In this document: in pieces, positions 1-8,865 of the stretch | Position numbering within the stretch: the stretch's first letter is position 1 | Layout of the letters: each line of letters starts with the position of its first letter | Source of the DNA: Polyangiaceae bacterium | GTDB lineage: Bacteria; Myxococcota_A; Polyangia; Polyangiales; Polyangiaceae | Length of the DNA stretch: 64,000 nt | Reading direction: 5' to 3' | NCBI GenBank assembly: GCA_033763455.1 | Contig: JANRKO010000073.1 | Coordinates: forward strand, 64,001 to 128,000 | Translations under genes and position numbers: made by a program | Notes under the pieces: generated by a model | What the model was told of the DNA's origin: nothing | Databases searched by the model: none | The model's input: the letters and a program-made list of their open reading frames with translations, nothing else

Positions 1-727
1 CGCCCGCGCGGAAAACACCCCCACCGTTGCACCTGCAACCGCCACCCAATCCGCTGTAGCCCCCAGTCCCGCGGTCGCTTCTTCGGACACGGAGTTGCAA
101 GCCCTCAAGGCTAAGTGGGCTCACTCTGAGCCGGCGAAGGCTGAAACGAACTGGTTGCGGAAACAGAGTCCTGAGATCGCGCAAGCGGCAGACGCCAGCA
201 GCTCCTGGCGCACGGTGCTCGCGCTCCTGGCACTTGCGGGATTGGTGACCTTCACATGGTTCGCCCGACAACGCAGCAAAACTGCTCGCCCGGCGCCTTC
301 CCTCGGCAACATCAAAGTCCTAGGCTCCTCTCGAATTGGGCCAAAAGCCCAAATTGTCGTCGCCGAAATCGCGGGGCAAACGTTTCTTCTCGGCGTGACT
401 GAACACCAGATCACCCGCCTCGCCGAAGTGAGTGAACCGGCAACAAAGAGTAGCCGCCCAAGCCGAGTACGGCCCCAAGAGCACGAGGAAGATCCCTTTG
501 CACACGACCCCATCCCAGCGAACGGTGCTGGGCGCTTTGCTGAGATGCTGAAAACGACACTGAACTCATCCACACGCAGTGGCCGCCCTCAGGCCTCCGA
601 TATTGCGACAGATGAAACGGATGACGTTGTCTCCAGCAGGAGCACACTTCGAAGCAGCCGACGCCCGCCGCGATGGAACCTCGATGAACAAGCGGCTGGC
701 CTGTTTTCACAGCTGAATGGAAAGTAA
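1..727 (+). CDS. fliO: Flagellar export accessory protein FliO (5'-truncated by the window edge)
   Basis: The frame is open from base 2 (ARAENTPTVAP...), so the start lies outside the window. One TM segment, then NIKVLGSSRIGPKAQIVVAEIAGQTFLLGVTEHQITRL (FliO core). Stop overlaps the fliP ATG (TAATG). Confidence 0.85.
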   Translation, partial: ARAENTPTVAPATATQSAVAPSPAVASSDTELQALKAKWAHSEPAKAETNWLRKQSPEIAQAADASSSWRTVLALLALAGLVTFTWFARQRSKTARPAPSLGNIKVLGSSRIGPKAQIVVAEIAGQTFLLGVTEHQITRLAEVSEPATKSSRPSRVRPQEHEEDPFAHDPIPANGAGRFAEMLKTTLNSSTRSGRPQASDIATDETDDVVSSRSTLRSSRRPPRWNLDEQAAGLFSQLNGK

Positions 728-1389
728 TGAACGAAGCCGCCGAACAGCTGCTTTCCAAGCAAGAGCTTGCGCCTTCGCTCAAGATCCTGCTCGTTCTCAC
801 CTTGCTGGCGCTCTTGCCAGCAATCCTCATCAGCATGACTTCGTTCGTGCGCACGGTGGTGGTGCTTTCCTTCGTCCGCCAGGGCGTAGGAACACCACAA
901 ACTCCACCGAGCCAGGTGATCATTGGACTCTCCCTCTTTCTCACGATGTTCACGATGGCGCCTGTCTTCAATGAGATGAAGGAGAAAGCCTTTGACCCCT
1001 ATATGCAGGGCCAAGTGAGCGACATCCAAGCGATTGAAACCGCGAGCTTTCCTCTCAAGCGGTTCATGTTGCGTCAAACACGAGAGACGGACCTGCTCCT
1101 ATTTTACGACGCCACAAAGACTGCCCTCCCGAAAAGTCCGGATGACGTACCCATCCGTATGGCTCTGCCAGCGTTCGTCATCTCCGAGCTCACCACAGCG
1201 TTCCACATGGGTGCACTCATCCTATTGCCATTTTTAGTGGTGGATCTTGCCGTGGCATCCCTCCTCATGAGCATGGGCATGATGATGGTGCCTCCGGCGA
1301 CCCTAAGCTTGCCGATTAAATTGATATTGTTTGTCTTGGTCGATGGCTGGCACTTGGTAGCAGGCGCGCTGATGAAGAGCTTTGTATGA
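727..1389 (+). CDS. fliP: Flagellar type III export gate protein FliP
   Basis: Motifs MTSFVRTVVVLSFVRQGVG, PPSQVIIGLSLFLT, PAFVISELTTAF, GMMMVPP, LFVLVDGW. Confidence 0.97.
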   Translation: MNEAAEQLLSKQELAPSLKILLVLTLLALLPAILISMTSFVRTVVVLSFVRQGVGTPQTPPSQVIIGLSLFLTMFTMAPVFNEMKEKAFDPYMQGQVSDIQAIETASFPLKRFMLRQTRETDLLLFYDATKTALPKSPDDVPIRMALPAFVISELTTAFHMGALILLPFLVVDLAVASLLMSMGMMMVPPATLSLPIKLILFVLVDGWHLVAGALMKSFV

Positions 1390-1655
1390 CAACTGACGCA
1401 GCTGTTGACCTCTTTCGCAACGCCATGCTGCTGGGCGCGAAGATTAGCGGGCCCCTTCTACTCGTGGCCCTCGTCGTAGGTCTGCTCATCGGCATTCTAC
1501 AGGCAGCGACGCAGGTGAACGAATCCAGCATTGCCTTCGTGGTTAAGCTCTTGGCCCTTGGGGTTGCGCTTGCCGTGCTTGGCTCCTGGATCGTCACAGA
1601 ACTTGTTAATTACACATCCCACAGCCTCCAATCCATTGCGACAGTGGTCCGGTGA
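1386..1655 (+). CDS. fliQ: Flagellar export gate protein FliQ
   Basis: 89 aa with VGLLIGILQAATQVNESSIAFVVK; ATGA overlap with fliP. Confidence 0.96.
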   Translation: MTTDAAVDLFRNAMLLGAKISGPLLLVALVVGLLIGILQAATQVNESSIAFVVKLLALGVALAVLGSWIVTELVNYTSHSLQSIATVVR

Positions 1656-2443
1656 ATGACGTCCAAAACATATTCTCAACGCTCGTCCAGGCGGAAATTC
1701 TCGCCTTTTCGTTTCAAACCGCGCGCATTTCGGGTGCTCTCATTACCGCCCCCTTGCCTTGGGCCCACGCCCCCGTTCGGTTCCGAGCCGCCCTCGCGAT
1801 CGCCCTCGGGCTTGTGGCTCATGGCGCAAGCCGCGCAGCACCGGAGGTTATCAACGGCGCCCCCTTGGCGCTGGCGCTCGCCGGGTTTTCGGAGTTAATG
1901 CTCGGAGCCGCAATCGGATTTGTAGTGCGGCTCACCGTGGCTGTAGCCGAGATTATGGCTAGCGCCATCTCTCCCAGTATCGGTCTTGGCGCTGCAGAAA
2001 TTTTTAGCCCGGGCTTTGGCAACGAGAACCTCCTAGGCCAATTCCTACGACTTTTCGCCATTTCAGGCGCTCTAATATTGGGCGTACATCGCCAGCTTCT
2101 GGGCTCTTTGCTTTCGAGCTTTCGAGTGATCCCGCCGGGCACCTTGCTGAACCCAGCACCACTTGGGCCTGTGCTTTTGGAGCTTACAAGCGGAGCCATT
2201 GAGACGGGAGTGCGTTTATCATTGCCGATCCTGGCGGTGCTGTTCGTTATCCAATTGGCACTCGCGTTCATTTCCCGCGCAGCACCCGCCATGCAAATTT
2301 TCTCGGTGGGGTTTGCGGTCACCATCATCTCGGGCATGGCGGTGATCGTCATTTTCCTGCCGGAGCTGAGCCAAGACCTCCTCGGCGATGCTTCCCACGT
2401 GCCAGATCGAATTGGGCAAATTTTAAGAGCCGTGGTGCGCTGA
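1652..2443 (+). CDS. fliR: Flagellar export gate protein FliR
   Basis: 263-aa hydrophobic protein with ELMLGAAIGF and LAFISRAAPAMQIFSVGF; lies between fliQ and flhB. Confidence 0.95.
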   Translation: MNDVQNIFSTLVQAEILAFSFQTARISGALITAPLPWAHAPVRFRAALAIALGLVAHGASRAAPEVINGAPLALALAGFSELMLGAAIGFVVRLTVAVAEIMASAISPSIGLGAAEIFSPGFGNENLLGQFLRLFAISGALILGVHRQLLGSLLSSFRVIPPGTLLNPAPLGPVLLELTSGAIETGVRLSLPILAVLFVIQLALAFISRAAPAMQIFSVGFAVTIISGMAVIVIFLPELSQDLLGDASHVPDRIGQILRAVVR

Positions 2444-2444
2444 C

Positions 2445-3509
2445 GTGGCCGAGTCAGATACCGAAAAAACACTCGAACCAACTCCAGAACGAGTACAAAA
2501 AGCCCGTGAAGAGGGCCAATTCGCGCGTAGCCGTGACGGCGGAGCTACAGCGGCATCTGTGGCTGTGTTGGGATGTTTGATCGCCCTTGGCACGAACCTG
2601 AGCGAGATCTTGCGCGAGTTTTCGCTCATCTGCTTTACAAGCCCGGCACACGTTTTCGATGCGTCATTCTCAGCCATCGCTTCACAGATGCTGTTGGCGC
2701 TCGTGAAGCTCATTCTGCCAATTGCTGTGGCAGGAGCCCTGGCGGGGACGGCCGTTGGCTTTCTGGAAGCTGGCTTTCACCCTTCGTTCGAACTGGTCGC
2801 ACCCAAGTGGGAGCGCCTCGATCCGATCAGCAAGCTGAAGAACATGTTCTCCTTCAAGGAAGCCGCCACGGGTACACTGCTCAGCTTGTTCCGAGTGGGC
2901 GCCGTGGGAATGGTGGCTTACTGGGTAATTCGCGCCGATTTGCCCACCCTCATCAAACTGAGTCGCACCAGCCTAGGCGCCGGTGCGCACGGCGCCATCC
3001 AGGTTTCGATCCGCCTCGCGTTTTGGTCAAGCTTTGTGCTCGTGATCATGGCGGCAGCTGATTACGCGCAGTCTTGGTGGCGCCAACGCCAGGAACTTCT
3101 AATGTCGCGCGAAGAAATGCGCGAGGAAATGAAGCAGCAGGAAGGTAGCCCTGAAATCAAGGCCCGGCGCCGACAACTCGCTCGCGACCTTTTGAATCGT
3201 GGCCTCTCGCGCGGTGTGCGCGAAGCCGACGTTATCATTGTTAATCCGACTCACGTATCGGTGGCGCTTCGTTATCGTGCCGACAGGGGGGCCCCAATCG
3301 TGACGGCTAAAGGCTACGATGAAGTGGCTCTCCACATCCGACAACTCGCCAAACAGTACGAAGTTCCCCTTGTCGAGAACATACCTCTCGCGCGTGCACT
3401 CGCCGCCCAGGTAAAGGTGGGAAAGATGGTGCCGGTGGACCTGTACGGCGCCGTCGCCGAGGTCTTGGCCTTCGTATATCGTATGAAGAACCGGGGCTTG
3501 AAGGCGTAG
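2445..3509 (+). CDS. flhB: Flagellar export switch protein FlhB
   Basis: N-terminal EKTLEPTPERVQKAREEGQ, EGSPEIKAR, NPTH autocleavage motif, ENIPLARAL. Confidence 0.97.
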   Translation: MAESDTEKTLEPTPERVQKAREEGQFARSRDGGATAASVAVLGCLIALGTNLSEILREFSLICFTSPAHVFDASFSAIASQMLLALVKLILPIAVAGALAGTAVGFLEAGFHPSFELVAPKWERLDPISKLKNMFSFKEAATGTLLSLFRVGAVGMVAYWVIRADLPTLIKLSRTSLGAGAHGAIQVSIRLAFWSSFVLVIMAAADYAQSWWRQRQELLMSREEMREEMKQQEGSPEIKARRRQLARDLLNRGLSRGVREADVIIVNPTHVSVALRYRADRGAPIVTAKGYDEVALHIRQLAKQYEVPLVENIPLARALAAQVKVGKMVPVDLYGAVAEVLAFVYRMKNRGLKA

Positions 3510-3538
3510 GCAGGAGTCATACCTTTACCGCAAGTGAG

Positions 3539-3555
3539 TTGGCACAGCTCTCGCT
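3539..3555 (+). promoter_or_regulatory. sigma54 (RpoN) -24/-12 promoter upstream of flhA
   Basis: TTGGCACAGCTCTCGCT: GG at 3541-3542 and GC at 3553-3554 with exact 10-nt spacing; matches TGGCAC-N5-TTGCW except for one base. Confidence 0.6.
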
Positions 3556-3567
3556 AAGCGGCTCCTC

Positions 3568-5655
3568 GTGGCAGCGAGCGACCCTTTAAGTAAGCCGTCC
3601 GGCTCAGACAATTTGGGTGAATTGGTCGTCCCGCTCGCGGTTGTCTGCATCGTCCTCATGATGGTGCTGCCTCTACCACCTTTCTTGGTGGATTTTCTGC
3701 TGGCAGTGAGCCTGGCGTCCGCTATCGGCGTATTCCTGATCGGGTTATTCATGGAAGAGCCGCTGCAATTCAGCGCTTTTCCTGCCGTAATTCTGATTTC
3801 CACGCTGCTTCGTCTGGCGCTCAACGTGGCCACCACGAGGCTCATCCTACTGCATGGCGCTGAAGGTGGCGGGGCGGCAGGCAAAGTGGTGGAGACATTT
3901 GGCCGCTTTGTCGTGGAGGGAAATGTAGTTGTTGGGCTCGTGGTGTTCTTCATCCTCGTTGTCATCAACTTCGTGGTGATCACCAAAGGTGCGGGCCGCG
4001 TAGCTGAAGTTGCAGCTCGTTTTGCTCTCGACGCCCTGCCTGGCAAGCAGATGGCTATCGATGCTGAGCTCAATAGCGGCACGATTGACGCCGCGACGGC
4101 TCGCAAGAGAAGGCAGGATTTGGGCCGAGAAATGGACTTTTTCGGCGCCATGGACGGCTCGAGCAAGTTTGTAAAAGGCGACGCGATTGCCGGCCTTCTC
4201 ATTACCGGCATCAACCTCATCGGTGGCCTCTTAATCGGTATTTCCTCGGGCATGGACGTGGGGAAAGCAGCAGAAACCTTCTCTGTTCTGTCTGTCGGTG
4301 ACGCGCTGGTTTCGCAGATGCCCGCGCTCATGATCTCCACCGCCTCGGGCGTCGTAGTGACCCGTTCGGCTACCGGCATGCAGCTCGGCACAGCCATGCG
4401 AAAGCAGGTCCTCGGAAGTCGCCGAGCCATTGGCGCCACCGCCGGTCTTTTGACGCTGATGGCACTGGTGCCAGGAATGCCAGCGATCCCCTTCCTCCTT
4501 CTCGCTTCGGTGCTCGGCTATGGCGCTTATACTGGCAAGTTCGAGATCAAAGAGGCTCCGCCGCCACCCGTCGCCACCACCACCGACACGCCCCCGAGTC
4601 CGCAAGACGAGCTGGAAGCCGCGCTTGCCCTAGAGGTCCTCACCCTCGAGGTTGGGTACGAGCTTGTCCAAGCTGTGGACCCCTCCATGGGAGGTACAGT
4701 GGTGGACCGCATCAGCGCACTCAGAAAGCAATCCGCAGCCGAGCTAGGCATTGTGGTGCCTCCCGTCCACATCAAGGACAATCTTCAGCTGCCTCCAGGC
4801 GATTACCGCATCTTGCTCTTGGGCACTGAGATCGCCAGGGGCTCGACACGCGCCGGCAGACTGTTGGCGCTGGATTCGTCTGGGGAGATGCCAGATGTGC
4901 CCGGTGAGGTCACCAAGGAGCCGGCTTTTGGCACGCCCGCCAAGTGGATAGCCCGTGGTGATAAAGAGTTTGCCGAAGCGCTCGGCTACATTGTCGTGGA
5001 TCACGCCACGGTCATTGCCACTCATTTGGCCGAAATTGTGCGCCGTCATGCTCACCAGGTGCTCGGCCGTGCAGGGCTCACCCACCTGTTGGAGGTATTT
5101 AGCAAAACCACTCCGAAGCTCGTCGATGAGTTGGTCCCGAATTTGCTCTCCTTCGCTGAAGTGACGACCGTAATGCGAAATTTGCTCAAGGAGGGTGTTT
5201 CAATTCGAGACTTGCGCACCATCCTCGAGACGCTCGTCGAGCTGTCCCCTTCAACCCGCGACACCGAACAGCTCACCGAGGCGACCCGCCAACGCCTTTC
5301 CCGACAGATTACGGCAGCATATGCCGACGGCGAGGGCACGCTCTCACCCCTGGTGCTCGACACCGCCATCGAGGACATGTTCCGCCGTTCGCTGCGCGAA
5401 ATTGCGGCTGGGACTGGCGGCGCACTCGACCCGGCGGTCACCCGCGATCTCGGCAATGCGCTAGAGCTCGCCGTCAAGAACATGGAACGCGCCGGGCGTC
5501 GAGCCTGCCTCGTCACCAGCCCCGACCTCCGCCGCTATGTGCGCGCGTTTGCAGAGCGGCGGTGCCCCACTCTTGCTGTGCTTTCCTTCCGAGAGATTGA
5601 AGCCAGCTCCAACATCATTCCCTTTGAAGTCGTATCGGCCGCTCCGCGCGCCTAG
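3568..5655 (+). CDS. flhA: Flagellar export protein FlhA
   Basis: FHIPEP motifs RVAEVAARFALDALPGKQMAIDAEL and FFGAMDGSSKFVKGDAIAG; 695 aa. Confidence 0.98.
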   Translation: MAASDPLSKPSGSDNLGELVVPLAVVCIVLMMVLPLPPFLVDFLLAVSLASAIGVFLIGLFMEEPLQFSAFPAVILISTLLRLALNVATTRLILLHGAEGGGAAGKVVETFGRFVVEGNVVVGLVVFFILVVINFVVITKGAGRVAEVAARFALDALPGKQMAIDAELNSGTIDAATARKRRQDLGREMDFFGAMDGSSKFVKGDAIAGLLITGINLIGGLLIGISSGMDVGKAAETFSVLSVGDALVSQMPALMISTASGVVVTRSATGMQLGTAMRKQVLGSRRAIGATAGLLTLMALVPGMPAIPFLLLASVLGYGAYTGKFEIKEAPPPPVATTTDTPPSPQDELEAALALEVLTLEVGYELVQAVDPSMGGTVVDRISALRKQSAAELGIVVPPVHIKDNLQLPPGDYRILLLGTEIARGSTRAGRLLALDSSGEMPDVPGEVTKEPAFGTPAKWIARGDKEFAEALGYIVVDHATVIATHLAEIVRRHAHQVLGRAGLTHLLEVFSKTTPKLVDELVPNLLSFAEVTTVMRNLLKEGVSIRDLRTILETLVELSPSTRDTEQLTEATRQRLSRQITAAYADGEGTLSPLVLDTAIEDMFRRSLREIAAGTGGALDPAVTRDLGNALELAVKNMERAGRRACLVTSPDLRRYVRAFAERRCPTLAVLSFREIEASSNIIPFEVVSAAPRA

Positions 5656-5685
5656 TGGATTTGAAGCAACCTGGAGGCCCCAATC

Positions 5686-6771
5686 GTGCAGTATCAAACG
5701 TTTCGAGGAAGCGATCTAAAAGAAGCCATCTCTCTGGTTCGTGCGGCGTTCGGCAGCGACGCCGTCATCGGAGCGACCCGTTCGGTACGTCGGAACAAGG
5801 GTCCTCTTTCCAAGCCCTATGTGGAGGTTGCAGCCGCTCCAGCTCCGGACGAACCGCGGCGAGAAGCAGCGTCGCCGCGTCCCGTACGTGCGCGCAAAAA
5901 CGGACAGTCTTTCCGCCCGGCAGCACCCAGCCAACAACAGGGCCTCCTGGAGCGAGAACTTCGAGTTCTCCGTTCTATGGTGGATGAGCTCAGCGCCGAA
6001 CGTGCGCCGCACCAACGCGCGGAGGCTTTGCTCCACAACGCCGGAATTGAGGGCTCACTCGCAAAGCTATTGGCGAATGGTGCAGAAGCTAACGCTCGCG
6101 GCGGCAGCCCCGCCCTTATTCGCTTTCTGCGACAACGTCTCTCGGGAGCGCTCGGGTTTGCGGCGGATCCGCTAGAACAAGCCGGGCCGCGGCTTATCAC
6201 CTGCATTGGCCCTAGCGGTGCCGGCAAAACCACCACGTTGGCCAAGTTGGCGGCTCGAGCGCGGCTAGAGAAGAAGCGCAGCGTGAGTGTCATAACGCTG
6301 GATACGTTCCGTGTGGGAGCCGTGGCGCAATGGCAACGCTACGCGCAGCTTCTTGGCATTCCCGTGGGTGTTGCGCACGATGTTGCTAGCTTTCGTCGAC
6401 TGCTCAATGACCGCGGTGACGATCTTGTGCTCGTCGACACGGCCGGCCGAAGCGCGGATAACGCGTCGCAAGACGCGAGAGTCAGCGAATGTCTGGCTCA
6501 AGCTGCCATCCCTGTGGATGTGCTCTTGGTGGTGCCTGCGTGGCTCAGGGCACGTGACGTAGAACGTGTCACAGAGGTGTACGCGACCCCACCCGCCACC
6601 GGAATTGTAATTTCCAAGCTCGACGAAACTGATTGCATCGGGGGCAGCCTACATGCAGCCCTCGGGAAGAACTTGCCCCTCACGTACTTATGTGATGGGC
6701 CGCGTGTGCCGGAGGACATTCAAGCCGCCTCTCTCAATCGAATTCTGGACGCCCTTCTTCCGAGCATCTGA
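5686..6771 (+). CDS. flhF: SRP-family GTPase FlhF
   Basis: N-terminal TFRGSDLKEAISLVRAAFGSDAVI; G motifs GPSGAGKTTT, DTFRVGA, DTAG, SKLDET, GPRVPED. Confidence 0.95.
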   Translation: MQYQTFRGSDLKEAISLVRAAFGSDAVIGATRSVRRNKGPLSKPYVEVAAAPAPDEPRREAASPRPVRARKNGQSFRPAAPSQQQGLLERELRVLRSMVDELSAERAPHQRAEALLHNAGIEGSLAKLLANGAEANARGGSPALIRFLRQRLSGALGFAADPLEQAGPRLITCIGPSGAGKTTTLAKLAARARLEKKRSVSVITLDTFRVGAVAQWQRYAQLLGIPVGVAHDVASFRRLLNDRGDDLVLVDTAGRSADNASQDARVSECLAQAAIPVDVLLVVPAWLRARDVERVTEVYATPPATGIVISKLDETDCIGGSLHAALGKNLPLTYLCDGPRVPEDIQAASLNRILDALLPSI

Positions 6772-7529
6772 TGCGTCAACCGACCACATCCATTGAGCTT
6801 CTTCCCGTAAGGGGCAGCGCCGAAGCTCACGCCGACTTGGTCGATCGGTACATGCCGCTCGTGCGGCGTATTTCCATGCGTGCGGTGCGAAAACTGCCTC
6901 CGTCTATCACCGTGGATGATCTGGTCAGCGCCGGCTGGGTAGGCTTGCTAGAAGCGTTCGACCGGCGCACCCCAGAGATGAACGAAGAGCAGTTTGAGGC
7001 GTATGCCTCACATCGCGTGCGCGGTGCGATATTGGATTACCTGCGCTCCCTCGATCCAATGGGGCGCAAAATGCGATCGGCATCGCGACGCATTGTCCAG
7101 ACCATGAGCGAGCTCACGGCGAGCCTGGGCCGTGCACCTGAAACCGAAGAGGTCGCTCGCGCACTCGGACTTACTCTGGATGATTACCACTCGCTTCTCA
7201 CGGACATTTCCGAGGCGGGCTCCGCCAGGTTGGAGCTCTCAGAGGTCGCTGAGCCAGCTTCACCCGACGCTTCCCCGGAAGCTCAAGCTGGGCGGCGTGC
7301 CGAAGTTGGTTCTGTCGCCGAAGCCGTTGAGCAACTGCCCGAGCGCCTTCAGCTAATTCTCGGGCTCTACTACCAGGAAGACTGCTCTTTCCGCGAAATC
7401 GGAGAAGTTTTGGATATTTCAGAATCCCGCGCTTGCCAGCTTCACATTGAAGCCATTCACCGTATTCGAGCCACCCTTCACGGCCGCGCCTATCGGCGAG
7501 GCTCATTGGGTAAGAGTGTGTACGTATGA
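6771..7529 (+). CDS. fliA: Flagellar sigma factor sigma28 (FliA/WhiG)
   Basis: DDLVSAGWVGLLEA, RVRGAILDYLRSLD, LYYQEDCSFREIGEVLDISESRACQLH. Confidence 0.95.
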   Translation: MRQPTTSIELLPVRGSAEAHADLVDRYMPLVRRISMRAVRKLPPSITVDDLVSAGWVGLLEAFDRRTPEMNEEQFEAYASHRVRGAILDYLRSLDPMGRKMRSASRRIVQTMSELTASLGRAPETEEVARALGLTLDDYHSLLTDISEAGSARLELSEVAEPASPDASPEAQAGRRAEVGSVAEAVEQLPERLQLILGLYYQEDCSFREIGEVLDISESRACQLHIEAIHRIRATLHGRAYRRGSLGKSVYV

Positions 7530-8254
7530 GTAGCGGGATCTGGTCAGCCGCTTCAGGCGCTATTGGGCACCTCGCTTCGTTAGACGTTACCGCCAACAAT
7601 TTGGCTAATGCGTCAACCGCCGGGTTCCAGGGAGACCGCGCGGTGTTTCAACAAGTGCTCGCTCAGAAGCAGCTAGCAGGCGCCGCCTCCGAATACCGAC
7701 AGTACTCGCTGGTCAGCAGCAGGTCCCCAGATCATACGGCGGGCTCTATCACCAGCACAGGCAAAAGCCTCGACGTCGCCATCAATGGGGATGGGTATTT
7801 CGTGGTAAAAACGCCACAGGGCGAACGTTACACGCGTAACGGTGGCTTTTTGGTCATCGGTGGCCAACTGAGCCTTGCGGGGGGACAACGCGTTCTGGAC
7901 GAGGGGCGGAGTCCGATTGAAATCCCCGACAATGAAGCAGATCTCCGGATCGGGGATGACGGCACTGTTTATGCAGGGGCAGAAGCTGTGGGCCAACTAG
8001 CAGTCGTTCGCTTTGCTAACCCTGACGTCATGCAACGTGAGGGAGAGTCACTTTTTCGTGCTCCGAACGGTACGGCTGAAGCCACGGTACCCTCCTTGGT
8101 TACCGAATCGCTGGAAAGCTCCAATGTCTCCGTTGTCAAAAGCATGACGGAGCTCGTGACAGCAACGCGCAGCTTCGACGCAATGCAGCGCATGATCGAC
8201 ACATTCAGTGAAATTGAACGCAAAGCCGCCATGGGCATCATGGGTAACCGTTAA
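7526..8254 (+). CDS. flgF: Flagellar basal-body rod protein FlgF (FlgF/FlgG family)
   Basis: ANNLANAST..GF, LDVAINGDGYF, YTRNG, LESSNV; 242 aa. Confidence 0.88.
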   Translation: MSSGIWSAASGAIGHLASLDVTANNLANASTAGFQGDRAVFQQVLAQKQLAGAASEYRQYSLVSSRSPDHTAGSITSTGKSLDVAINGDGYFVVKTPQGERYTRNGGFLVIGGQLSLAGGQRVLDEGRSPIEIPDNEADLRIGDDGTVYAGAEAVGQLAVVRFANPDVMQREGESLFRAPNGTAEATVPSLVTESLESSNVSVVKSMTELVTATRSFDAMQRMIDTFSEIERKAAMGIMGNR

Positions 8255-8293
8255 TCCGGATTCCAAATCAAGCCAAACTGGAGAGATGATAAC

Positions 8294-8788
8294 ATGAACA
8301 TTATTAGCAAAAGATTCGGGAAGGTCTCGTTTGAAGAGGATGCCGTCATCAACTTCCCCCACGGCATTATCGGCTTCCCCGAAGCCAAGAAATATATCCT
8401 GCTTGGCCAGGGCGAAAGTGGTGTCGTCGGTTGGCTTCAGTCCGTGGATGCCCCAGAAATTGCGCTCCCAGTGGCATCGGCACATGCCTTCCCCGCCCCT
8501 TACCCGGACGTTCCACTCACTGACGCAATGCTGGCCGCAGGCATGGAAGCGCCCGGCGAGAACGTGGCCGTTCTTGCGGTAATCATCGCCACACCCGCTC
8601 AAGAGCCGACCGTAAACCTGCTGGCGCCTATCGTCATTGATGCCGACACGCGTCAAGGCGCTCAGGTTATTCTCCAAGGGTCACGCTTCTCGACTCGGGA
8701 ACTTCTGGTCTTCCGAGCAGAGCTTAAGCCAGCAGCTCCCGTCAGCCACGATTCTGCGCCGCGCCTGCGCTCAGCCGCCGACGCCTGA
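8294..8788 (+). CDS. fliW: Flagellar assembly factor FliW
   Basis: SKRFGKV, INFPHGIIGFPE, WLQSVD, TVNLLAPIVI, GAQVIL; GGAGAG RBS upstream. Confidence 0.92.
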   Translation: MNIISKRFGKVSFEEDAVINFPHGIIGFPEAKKYILLGQGESGVVGWLQSVDAPEIALPVASAHAFPAPYPDVPLTDAMLAAGMEAPGENVAVLAVIIATPAQEPTVNLLAPIVIDADTRQGAQVILQGSRFSTRELLVFRAELKPAAPVSHDSAPRLRSAADA

Positions 8789-8865
8789 AAGATCAACCCT
8801 AGCCGCTAGCGAAGAGCGCTTCGCGGCTCATACTACGTGTAGGGCGTTTCGCTGCTCGGCCGACC

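Noticed and set aside
3525..4439. 304-aa minus-strand ORF
   Set aside because: Antisense shadow of flhA in GC-rich DNA; no motifs.
1..8788. Non-flagellar type III secretion system
   Set aside because: fliO, flhF, fliA, flgF and fliW are flagellum-specific.
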